From: Oopsacas minuta
Taxonomy: Eukaryota > Animalia > Porifera
DNA length: 28,536 bases
Assembly (NCBI GenBank): GCA_024704765.1
Contig: JAKMXF010000089.1
Coordinates: 1-28,536 of the forward strand
Direction: 5' to 3'
Positions 1 to 9,376 of this stretch are shown in pieces; within the stretch, counting starts at the first letter, position 1, and each line of letters starts with the position of its first letter. The position numbers were made by a program, and so were the translations under genes. Below the pieces are notes generated by a model that worked only from the letters and a program-made list of their open reading frames with translations, did no database searches and was not told the DNA's origin.

Positions 1-493
1 TGAATTGTCCTTCACCACTACCTCCAGTATCTATACTCACTACTGGTTTCACTTTACCTTTATAATCTACAACTGGTAGACATGAGTAACTTGAATTAAC
101 AACACTAATCTTACCAAATCCATTAATCATATCTAATAGTGTATTATCAAATTCAAATGAAATATGTTTGGGTTTCCATTCAGATTCTATTTCTTTCTGT
201 TTTTGTTCTATGATTTTGTTCATTTCAGTTTGAGTTCCTTTCATAGTGGTTGATTCGATATTTTCTCCAATAAACTTTTGAGTTTTTGTAATTTCGTATA
301 TACATTGTTTATGTTTATCATTTTCCAGTTTGTATTTGTTGTGTATTTCTTCTAATTCTATCAAAAGTTCCTTTTTCCGATTACTCAAATAACTTATCAA
401 TTCATTGAAATGAGTTTCAATTTCAGTTCTGATTTGAGTTACTTTAAACTCAAAACTAACTTCTTCCACTGATGACGTAGATGTAGTAGCCAT
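1..493 (-). CDS. 5' part of a coiled-coil + NHL-repeat protein, tandem paralog of 2991-4220; continues beyond the window start
   Basis: ATG at 493 (cat 491-493). The frame is open to the window edge: MATTSTSSVEEVSFEFKVTQIRTEIETHFNELISYLSNRKKELL...KPVVSIDTGGSGEGQF. It is colinear without indels with 3728-4220. Confidence 0.9.
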   Translation of the reverse strand, partial: MATTSTSSVEEVSFEFKVTQIRTEIETHFNELISYLSNRKKELLIELEEIHNKYKLENDKHKQCIYEITKTQKFIGENIESTTMKGTQTEMNKIIEQKQKEIESEWKPKHISFEFDNTLLDMINGFGKISVVNSSYSCLPVVDYKGKVKPVVSIDTGGSGEGQF

Positions 494-604
494 TATACAA
501 TAGTAAGCTAAATCTAGGAAAAATATCTAAGTTAGAAATACCAAATTCCCGAAATACGTACATGAATTCCTGGAAAAAAAGGTACAATAACATATGACGT
601 AGCC

Positions 605-1123
605 CAGTAATTCTCAGCGGGGTCCACTTGGCCCCCCTGGGGAGGAATTAGCGAAGATTATGTTTAAGGATTATCCACCAGGTCTAATGGGTCACTGACC
701 ACTCTAAACCGATCCACCTAGTCAAATAATTTTGAATTTACCAGGTTAAGAATTCGGGTAAATATTTATATTATGATATCTAACCAAATATTATTGATTA
801 AACACATCCAAACATAGAAGTATACATAGAATATTGATAGGCGTTGAATCTTTATGAATAATAATAATACTTGTTTGGTAACATTATCACTGTTCAGGTA
901 ATGTATAAGTGTTGATGTCAACATCATATTTTATGGATTATTATACGTTGTTCTATTCAAAATGCCAAAAGGTTCAATTATTGTTTGTTTGGTAGACTAA
1001 CTGAAAATTACTCTTAACTATTACAAAAATTAAGAAATAATGATGATTCAAAGATTGGGAGGTTATGGAATATCCTGGGGGTCGCTAAGGGAGGAATGCG
1101 ATGTCAGACATTGAGAAACACTG
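605..1123. mobile_element. Non-autonomous hAT (Buster/Charlie-like) MITE
   Basis: Ends are CAGTAATTCTCA (605) and TTGAGAAACACTG (1111-1123, reverse complement CAGTGTTTCTCAA). Perfect 8-bp TSD ACGTAGCC at 597-604 and 1124-1131. A single ACGTAGCC lies at the homologous site upstream of the paralog (4324-4331). Confidence 0.9.
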
Positions 1124-1245
1124 ACGTAGCCCAAGCCCACTCAGTGAAAAATCTAGTGTTAGGTGAATACGGAATACCTGGTTCACCTGTATGGATAATA
1201 AGATAAACATATTCTGAGAGCATAAAAGTAGATAATTATGCAGAG

Positions 1246-1561
1246 CAGGCTTGGACCGGCTCTTGATTTCCTGACCCGGTGACCCGGTTTTTCAAAACAT
1301 CAATTTTCTATATTACATATCTATATACGTACATAAGAGTATATTTGTATATAAGTATACAGTAGTAATGATACCAACAAGTTTAGGAAAATACTAATGA
1401 TTCTTGAAAATGAAACGTCTAAATAATATTGACTGAATCTTTATGATTTTACGAAACGATATAATTTAATTATCTATAAGGATGTAAACCGGGTCAAGTC
1501 AAAATCAGTGACCCGGTTCAGACCCGAAATTCATTGAAAATAGTGACCCGGTCCAAACCTG
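1246..1561. mobile_element. hAT-type MITE with GACCCGG subterminal repeats
   Basis: TIR CAGGCTTGGACCGG / CCGGTCCAAACCTG (13/14 match). Flanks ATGCAGAG (1238-1245) and ATACAGAG (1562-1569) form a 7/8 TSD. Several GACCCGG/CCGGGTC motifs lie near both ends. Confidence 0.85.
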
Positions 1562-2990
1562 ATACAGAGTATTAAGTGGTCCTTACTTTTGGAGCGCGAT
1601 CTCGCTCCGCGCTTCCGCACTAAAAAGCAGCATAATTCCCACCTCCGCTCCTTACTCAAAAAAGGAGCATACTCCGGCTCCAGGTCTAGGAAAAATGGAG
1701 CAGCTCTTATTAATTCTTTCAGATTTACATTGGATTTGTATTCTAAGTAATCAGGATTGAATTTAACCATTTTACATTCGGGAAATTGCTAGATGCGTAA
1801 TGTCAAACCATTCCAATAAATTGTGAATTATGCAAAGGTGTAGGGAATTTAATATAACTTAGAATTTGGGTGAATTTATCAAACAGGTATAAGAAGGAAA
1901 TAAGTATTACCATGGCAAGTGAATTGAGTTATGGTTGCTTAGGGAATAATGGAATATTGTATAGCATCAATTTGTTTACAATCTGTATTGTTAATGGCAA
2001 GTGTCGCAAAGTGGCAAAGATGTACAAAACAACAGTCTACATAGCTGTGTATACAAATACTATATTATACCAATTTGCCAACTAAAAGATATGTAATATT
2101 TAGATTAGAGCAATGGTGTGTTAGAATATTAAATAATTCATTACTTTTACAAAATTAATATTATAATGTATAGATTGTTATCAAGAATAGTTTATGATTA
2201 TGATAAACACATTTGGTAATTTAAACGTATCAACATGCAACATTAATATAATGAAATAAAAGCTGATTCAAGAGATAAATCAAATCCAACAGATAAACAA
2301 GCAAAAAGTTGCCGAAAACGTGACAATTTGTAGAAGTGTAGAAGTATAGAACTAACGAGTAGAATTTAAGGATAAATCAAGACTAGCAGAAATTCATCTC
2401 AACCATAACGGATAAACAGAAAGAGACAAAGTTGTACATGATCTGGCAATCTTCAAACTGTAGCGGCTCTTGGTTTTGGAAAAGAGTTCGAACAAAATCG
2501 GACAAATACCACATTAATAACTAATAAAGTTGCAGGTGCTGCGCTACTGAGGGTATCCTGGGTGTCCGGACACCCACTACCACGAAAGAGTTTTGCATTG
2601 CACTCTATAGCAAGGCCGCAAGGGTTGTTTAGATACCCAATGTCAATTACCATGAATATCCACTAGCTCAAATAGATGGCGCGGGGCATGCCTGGTGTGA
2701 TGAAGGATGATATAGTTTCAGATGTTTTGATATAAATATAACACATAGCATTGACAGTAGGCGAAATTGAATACGTTAGACTGTGAGAAGATTAAACTAC
2801 CTAATAAATACACACAAATTGACTCGAATAATTAGAGAGGTGAAATACACAAATTAATACAATTCGCAAACAAATACAATTAACTGTTATCCCAAAAAGA
2901 TCAAACAAATATAATAAATCATTTATGAAGAAATATATAAATATGTAATAATTATACTTAATGGATAAAATAGTAAGAATAGCATACTAA

Positions 2991-4220
2991 CTAAAATATT
3001 AGGAGACGATTATCACGATGATTAACAACTACAATACTTCCATCTGAGTCCAGATAAACTCCAATAGGTCCTGATAATGAATCAGTGAGTTTATGAAGTA
3101 ATTGTCCTGTATTATCAAATATAATAACAATATTACTGCTGTAATTCGAAATAATGAAATTATCAGCTCCAGCTATCTTGAATGAATACGGATGATTCAA
3201 ATGTTTGCTAATAGAATTACATACAGTGTTCTGTACTTGATTAAGATTATAGTTGAAAGAGTAGAGAAATGGATTTTGATGAGACAATACAAATATAGTA
3301 TCTTTAGTCAGTTGTATGTCTACTGGAGATTTGACTATACCAATTCCAAACTGATATTTGTAAGAATAATCTTGTGAGAATATTTGTATTCTGTTGTTAG
3401 AGCAATCACATACATAAATATCTCCATTATCTACATTGATAACAATACCACGAGGAGTGTTGAATTGTCCTTCTCCACTACCTCGAGTACCTATTTGTTT
3501 GATAAAATTTCCTTTCAAATCAAATAGCAACAAACAATCTGCTCCATCCTGGCTAACAAATACTCTCTCTTTATCAATAGTAATACAGGCAGGAGACTTC
3601 ATCTTATCAGCACCAAATAGAAACAAGAATTTACCATCTTTACTGAATACCTGTACTCTCTTGTTTCTTGTATCTGCTACATAGATGTTATCTGTTCTGT
3701 AATCAATTGCAACTCCCCATGGAGTACTGAATTGTCCTTCTTCACTACCTCCAGTACCTACACTCACTACTGGCTTCACTTTACCTTTATAATCTACAAC
3801 TGGTAGACATGAGTAACTTGAATTAACAACACTAATCTTACCAAATCCATTAATCATATCTAATAGTGTATTATCAAATTCAAATGAAATATGTTTGGGT
3901 TTCCATTCAGATTCTATTTCTTTCTGTTTCTGTTCTAGGATTTTGATCATTTCAGTTTGAGTTTCTGTAAAGATTTGTGATTGAAGATTTTCTCGAATTG
4001 ATTTTGATGATTTTTCTATTTCTAGTATATACTCTTTATGTTTATCATTTTCCAGTTTGTATTTGTTGTGTATTTCTTCTAATTCTATCAAAAGTTCTGT
4101 TTTCCGATTACTCAAATAACTTATCAATTCATTGAAATGAGTTTCAATCTCAGTTCTGATTTGAGTTACTTGAAACTCAAAACTAACTTCTTCCACTGAT
4201 GACGTAGATGTAGTAGCCAT
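2991..4220 (-). CDS. Coiled-coil + NHL-repeat (six-bladed beta-propeller) protein, TRIM-NHL-like but lacking RING and B-box
   Basis: 409-aa uninterrupted ORF. The N-terminal ~110 aa are helical/coiled-coil, followed by NHL repeats (GQFSTPWGVAID...IYVADTRNKRVQVFS; GQFNTPRGIVIN...IYVCDCSNNRIQIFS). No Cys/His zinc-finger pattern at the N-terminus. Confidence 0.92.
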   Translation of the reverse strand: MATTSTSSVEEVSFEFQVTQIRTEIETHFNELISYLSNRKTELLIELEEIHNKYKLENDKHKEYILEIEKSSKSIRENLQSQIFTETQTEMIKILEQKQKEIESEWKPKHISFEFDNTLLDMINGFGKISVVNSSYSCLPVVDYKGKVKPVVSVGTGGSEEGQFSTPWGVAIDYRTDNIYVADTRNKRVQVFSKDGKFLFLFGADKMKSPACITIDKERVFVSQDGADCLLLFDLKGNFIKQIGTRGSGEGQFNTPRGIVINVDNGDIYVCDCSNNRIQIFSQDYSYKYQFGIGIVKSPVDIQLTKDTIFVLSHQNPFLYSFNYNLNQVQNTVCNSISKHLNHPYSFKIAGADNFIISNYSSNIVIIFDNTGQLLHKLTDSLSGPIGVYLDSDGSIVVVNHRDNRLLIF

Positions 4221-4746
4221 TATACAATAGTAAAGCTAAATCTTGGAAAATATCTAAGTTAGAAATACAAAGTTACCTGAAATACGTACATGAATCCCCA
4301 GAAATGGGAACAAACAACATATTACGTAGCCAAAGTACACCCCGATACAATTATACCAATACGTGAATATCTTGATAAACAAACAGAATTTGGAGATCAG
4401 AAAAATCGATCAGCACGTATGCATGGTATTCATTTTACAGAGGGATAGGAGGTTGACATTTGACAACTACTGAAACACGACGTCTATAAATTAGTTGTTA
4501 TGTTAATCCTGAGGATCAGTAGATTTATCAAACTCAAAGCAAAAACAATTTTGTTGGTACAGTCGAACCTCCGAGTTCCGGACCTCCAAGATACGGGCAC
4601 CTCCCTCAACCGGGCACCCTTATTTTATATTAGTCCAAAAGAATTTCACCATTTCATATAATTCTCCTCATACTAAGGTTGACTTCAGTTACTTTATTTC
4701 ATATTGGATTACGTTTGTATACAGTATATAAACTAAATAACAGAAT

Positions 4747-5318
4747 CAGAGCTGCAAATGAGTCACATGAAGTGGCCCATGACCCATGTGACCCATCGAA
4801 GTAGTGAGCCATGACCCATTGACCCATGGGTCATAACCCATTTATTCTTTTCTGACCCATTATGTATTTTATTATTAGGAGCAAGTATAATGTAAGTATT
4901 TAGTCTAACACAATAATTCAATCAAGTTGTTTTTATATTATTCCAACACAACAGAGACAGCTTCGATAGTTTCTGGCAACATTGCATTCCGTTGAGATGT
5001 TACGATATGCCAAGCATTAAAGGCACTAAAGTGTCTCTCGCTTTCGGATGAGGATGCCTGAATTACCAATAGTCTCATGGCAATTATTGATAATAATGGA
5101 AACCTAAGTTCATTCTGCTTCCACCAATCAAGGAGATTAAACTCTCACTTGTAGTATTCCAAACATTCAGTATAATGACCACCTCTATTAACTCTATTTA
5201 GAAGGTTTTCTAATTGACAAATAACTCTTTTAAGCCTACATTGTATATAAATAAAATTTTGATGGGTCATGACCAATTAACGCATGACCCATGGGTCAGT
5301 GACCCATTTGCAGCTCTG
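4747..5318 (-). mobile_element. Internally deleted hAT element nested in the pogo-like MITE
   Basis: TIR CAGAGCTGCAAATG(A/G)GTCAC (19/20). Perfect 8-bp TSD AACAGAAT (4739-4746, 5319-5326). TGACCCA subterminal repeats at both ends. Carries a transposase C-terminal remnant. Confidence 0.92.
4938..5144 (-). pseudogene. hAT transposase C-terminal dimerization domain remnant
   Basis: Manual translation gives EFNLLDWWKQNELRFPLLSIIAMRLLVIQASSSESERHFSAFNAWHIVTSQRNAMLPETIEAVSVVLE*. This matches the hAT dimerization motif (WW..N...FP.L..IA..LL..P.SS..SER.FS). An in-frame TGA precedes it. Confidence 0.85.
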
Positions 5319-5606
5319 AACAGAATTCGAATACCTAAGGGAACTCATATGTACATTATGGGTTGTAACTACCATAGAGTTAATGATATTTCCGAGATCC
5401 GGACACCCTCCGGTCCCACACTTCCCGGATCTCGGAGGTTCTACTGTATACGTATTACCGATTGAAGTATACAAAACAACTGTATGTATAGCTATTCATT
5501 AATACTACTGTATAAGGTATACCATTCAAGAACTATAGATTAGAGAAATTGTCTACAAAACTATTGAGTATTCAATATTAATCAAAATAGAGACCAAGCT
5601 CTAGAT

Positions 5607-5848
5607 CAGTGTTTCTCAAAATTTATATAACTCAGAGACACTAAATTCTTAATTGAAGGGTACCTGTGATTCAAGTTTCAAACCTCTATCATGTATATTA
5701 GCTGAGCAGTGGTTAATAATGTGATTTTTCAAAATACAAAAAGGTGATAATAACGTCAGAATTTCGTCATAGGTGTGAATTTTCGTCCAAGATTCGAAAT
5801 TGTCCGAGCCAGGGCCAAAATACCCCAGTAGACCAAAAATCAGCCCTG
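5607..5848. mobile_element. Two unmatched hAT-like ends (truncated relics)
   Basis: CAGTGTTTCTCAA at 5607 has the same TIR as the 605-1123 element and is preceded by CTCTAGAT. AAAAATCAGCCCTG ends at 5848. Neither end has a partner or a matching TSD. Confidence 0.4.
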
Positions 5849-5922
5849 GTGTCCTGTTGTTTATTTGTTTGTTTGTTTGTGTGTCCGTTGTTAAGCTGTA
5901 AATAAATAATAGCTTTTAATGT

Positions 5923-5991
5923 TACAGGAGAATAGAAACACAAAATGCAAATTTACTAAACTTTCGACAATTTATAGTCTCTTCAGCTGTA
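5923..5991 (-). ncRNA. Candidate type I hammerhead ribozyme
   Basis: Minus strand reads UACAG-CUGAAGA-GAC(uauaaauu)GUC-GAAAG-...-CUC-CUGUA. Present: stem I UACAG/CUGUA, core CUGAnGA, stem II GAC/GUC, GAAA, and a CUC cleavage triplet whose C pairs with G15.2. Stem III is weak beyond 2 bp. Confidence 0.6.
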
Positions 5992-6983
5992 CGTGTCGTG
6001 GTTTTAAGTTATGAGTAGGCGCCTAGTTGTGGCATTACTGAATCTTTACTGTTCTTTACTGTGTGTGTATACATTGTGCGTGTACTGTAGATCTGTGTTG
6101 TGAATAGTATTGTAGGATAGCTTCTGTTTCTGTAATGTATATTTCTGTATAGATTTGATGTTATAATATATCCTTGTATATAGTTTGCTTGTTGTAGATA
6201 TAATGTATATATTCTTGTAGGTTTATGACTCAGCTGATTCTTACAATGAGTGAGGTCTTACTTGTGATACTTCTGATGGCTAATTCGTGTTGGTGTAGAT
6301 GGAAGGAATTTGTTCTCTAGATGTTGAAGGTTAAAGGAGGTGTCTTCGGTTAATGGTGGTAAAGTTATGAAATGATTTGTGAGAAGTTCTTGGTAGTCAA
6401 GTATGTGTTAGTTGTGAACCAGTTATTGTTTTTTATTGTTTGTAGAAAGTGTGTAAAGTATGTCCGTGTGATGATCTTATGTTACAAAATGGGGTTTAAG
6501 GGGTGGCGTTAAAAAGTAAGATATTGATAGAAATTAAGGAGATGATTATAGAACAAGAGACGAGATAGGAGTTTTATTTATTAGTTAGAAACGGGTACCA
6601 TTGGGAGGGTATTTGGTTCGCTTACTTATGGCTCTAGAAGTTCTTTTCGGATAAATTATCGTTGTATTTTGACGGAGGGTTTTGTTTTACCGTGCTTGTG
6701 TATGCCGGTTATATGTTTTTGTCAGTTATGGTGTGTATTTTGTTTATCTTTGTTGGTTGTGTGTGTTTGTTCTTTGTGTTCTATTTGTTTGTTTGTTTGT
6801 TGTATTGTGTGTTCTATTTGTTTTTCGTGGAAGTTGTGTATTCTTGTTTTGTCGTGTATTGTGTAGTTCTGGTCCATCTTTTGTAATCGCTTCCACCATT
6901 CACTTTCCTTTTTATCCTGGCTTTTACAGGATGTCTGATAGTTGCTGGGTTATGCGGCCAAGACTTGCCATTTCACGAAGACT

Positions 6984-7679
6984 TTAATTTGGGAGTGTAG
7001 AGTACCTTAGTGTTGATGAGTTCATGTTAGCTATGTTTATTAGCAGATGTTTACTGTTAGGTTCGCCGTTTGTGTCTTTCCCGTGATGGAGTAGATACAG
7101 TATCCGTACTCGGTTACCAGGGATCACTGGGGTGGATAGATTGCTCGGGATGAGGATCTCGTAAGCGTTGCAGACTTTGCATCCATAATTTGAGCAGTGC
7201 ATCCAGTTTTGTACTGATCTTGATTTTGGTGGCTGAAAGCAGAGTGGTACTTTTAGAGGTGCGAGGGGTAAGTTGTGGATCAGGTGATACTCTGCTAGTT
7301 TGAGTGGTCTTAGCTGGTTACGTGTAGGTCGTGTTTCACTACATCCGTATTTGAGGATGGGTTTGAACTCGAAAGGCCCGCGATCAGATTTTCGACGGAA
7401 GTAGCATATGTTTAGGATCTTAGTTCTTACCTCTTTAGCACTGTGTCCCAGTCGAATTAGTGAAGGGAGGTATTTTCTCAGCAGGTGATCTAACCCATCG
7501 GAGGGATCTGTTGCAATTTTAGAATCTCTGAATGAGCTCCTCTGGTATGTGTTTTTAAACATCTTGCGAGATGGGTGATAGGAGTGTGGGTGTAAGAGGA
7601 CCGGCTGTCGATATTTCTGTGTAACAGGGAGAAACCTTTGTTGGTTCGTGTCGTATTTACAATCCTGGATCTCATTTGG
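6984..7679 (-). pseudogene. PLE ORF fragment: RT C-terminal/thumb region, Cys-rich linker and degenerate GIY-YIG-like tail
   Basis: The frame is open 39 codons upstream of the listed Met. ...RFLPVTQKYRQPVLLHPHSYHPSRKMFKNTYQRSSFR...LIRLGHS resembles the PLE Y.KPT..YLH..S.HP...NGYP region. HCSNYGCKVC resembles the PLE linker zinc motif. The RT core is absent. Confidence 0.55.
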
Positions 7680-7965
7680 TTAATTTATTCAAAATCAACA
7701 AATAAAATACAAATGATTTCATATGTAAATATAATTGTTGATGAAATAAACACGTTAAATGCACTGTTGTACTAAAGCTGGAATTGCGAAATTTACACAC
7801 ACACTAATAAGGTTGTTCTGAGGACGACTAACCGAGTCCTACAACAGTAATTTCATTTTGGTCACCAATGACCATTCTCTACATGTTTTACTCAAAGCTT
7901 GCACTACAGAAGAACTCGGATAAGACCGTACCTCTTCGGAAAACAAAATTAGTACGTACAGTAGA

Positions 7966-8463
7966 TGCCGGATATAAGAACACCGGATATAAGAACACCG
8001 GATATAAGAACACCGGATATAAGAACACCGGATATAAGAATACCGGATATAAGAACACCGGATATAAGAACACCGGATATAAGAATACCGGATATAAGAA
8101 CACCGGATATAAGAACACCGGATATAAGAACACCGGATATAAGAACACCGGATATAAGAATACCGGATGTAAGAACACCGGATATAAGAACACCGGATAT
8201 AAGAACACCGGATATAAGAACACCGGTTATAAGAACACCGGATATAAGAACACCGGATATAAGAACACCGGATATAAGAACACCGGTTATAAGAACACCG
8301 GATATAAGAACACCGGATATAAGAACACCGGATATAAGAACACCGGATATAAGAACACCGGATATAAGAACACCGGATATAAGAACACCGGATATAAGAA
8401 CACCGGATATAAGAACACCGGATATAAGAACACCGGTTATAAGAACATGCCGGCTATAAGAAC
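7966..8463. repeat. 15-bp minisatellite (CACCGGATATAAGAA) x ~33
   Basis: Direct reading: 32 near-perfect units at 7966-8445 plus one degenerate unit. Variants TACCGG at 8041, 8086 and 8161; CACCGGTTAT at 8221, 8281 and 8431. Confidence 0.98.
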
Positions 8464-8573
8464 CACAACTTGAATTACGGAATCTTTTGTATTCTACTCC
8501 ATGGAATTTTTACCGGTTATAGGAACATTCTATGCAAGTTATAAGATCATAATAGAAAACGGTTACTATATAC

Positions 8574-8870
8574 CCAGGTGTAGAGGGGGAGAGGCGCTCC
8601 CTCACTTTAACTAGATTGTTATTTTATTATAATATAGGTAAATTAAGTTTTCCACAGATGCCCTTCTTTCGTACTCTAGTCAAATTCGCTTAATGGGGTA
8701 ACATCTGCACCGAAGAAGGACAACATTATTTGGAAGTATTTTAAGTTTATCTTACTTATAATGTGCATTACATGTTTCGTTGATAGAAAATAACTTTATT
8801 TTACCAATTTTTGCGTAATATATTCTTTTATAAGCGCTCCCCCACTAGAAATTTGAGCACTACACCCCTG
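8574..8870. mobile_element. hAT-type MITE nested in the 7959-9133 element
   Basis: TSD CTATATAC at 8566-8573 and 8871-8878 (extendable to 9 bp). Left end (C)CAGGTGTAG; right end CTACACCCCTG. Confidence 0.75.
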
Positions 8871-9376
8871 CTATATACCCCTACGTATAGAAATTATGCC
8901 GGTTATAAGAGCACTCTTAGTGTAGTACTAAAATTGATTCTTATTACCAGTATGTTTGTAAAATCCGGCATAAATTATACAGTAGACATGCAAATACTTT
9001 TCTTTAATATGGTTTCTACATTCAAATGTGTTTAAATGAAGGGTCTAATAACCGGCATCTACTATATACTACATACCGGTTATAAGAACATTATGTCAGT
9101 TCCCGACGATGTTCTTATAATCGGCATTCACTGTATTAACCGAGTTTACTGTCATTGCATTTGGTGACTATTTTCAATAGAAATTTGTCAGGTATATTCG
9201 ATTAAATTCTACCCATCAGAACAAATGTAATAAAATTGCTAGCATTCTTGCATAAACAAATAAGATTATAATGATAATAAAACTGACACCAGAAATATCG
9301 TTAACAATAAAAGGTTCCAAACTGTAAAAATAAATAATTGGAGGAAGTAAGTCATATAGTGCAGAGCAAAAATTGA

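Larger units (their letters stand above)
4560..5446. mobile_element. Tc1/mariner (pogo/Tigger-like) MITE, host of a nested hAT element
   Basis: TIR CAGTCGAACCTCCGAGTTCCGG vs reverse complement of the right end CAGTAGAACCTCCGAGATCCGG (20/22). TA flanks both sides (4558-4559, 5447-5448). Confidence 0.88.
5850..7679 (-). mobile_element. 5'-truncated Penelope-like retroelement (PLE) fragment
   Basis: Strong strand asymmetry (CA-rich minus strand), an ORF with PLE RT C-terminal and linker motifs, and a hammerhead-like motif at the 3' end. Boundaries are approximate. Confidence 0.6.
7959..9133. mobile_element. Tc1/pogo-like MITE containing a minisatellite and a nested hAT MITE
   Basis: Left end CAGTAGATGCCGGATATAAG; right end reverse complement CAGTGAATGCCGATTATAAG. 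TA at 7957-7958 and 9134-9135. Dispersed CCGGTTATAAG motifs inside. Confidence 0.85.

Noticed and set aside
1531-1770. 79-aa ORF over a GGAGC/GCTCC motif cluster
   Set aside because: It overlaps a MITE end, and the motif cluster looks like transposon subterminal repeats. No TIR/TSD pair could be established, so it is not called.
2560-2575. 16-bp palindrome as a Helitron 3' hairpin
   Set aside because: No CTRR terminus at the expected distance on either strand.
3192-3684. Plus-strand ORFs inside the NHL gene; likewise those inside the decarboxylase, septin and helicase genes
   Set aside because: Short antisense or alternative-frame shadows of well-supported genes, with no motifs.
6662-6987. 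Three overlapping Cys/Val/Phe-rich plus-strand ORFs resembling membrane proteins
   Set aside because: They arise from GT-rich low-complexity sequence, the antisense of the PLE 3' region.
7812-7845. CTGAGGA followed by a small hairpin, a second possible hammerhead core
   Set aside because: The GAAA after stem II is missing.
7966-8463. CRISPR-like or protein-coding interpretation of the 15-bp array (ORFs 7868-8473, 7965-8459, 7888-8223)
   Set aside because: There are no spacers. The units are contiguous and lie inside a TA-flanked MITE, and multiple open frames are an arithmetic consequence of the unit length.
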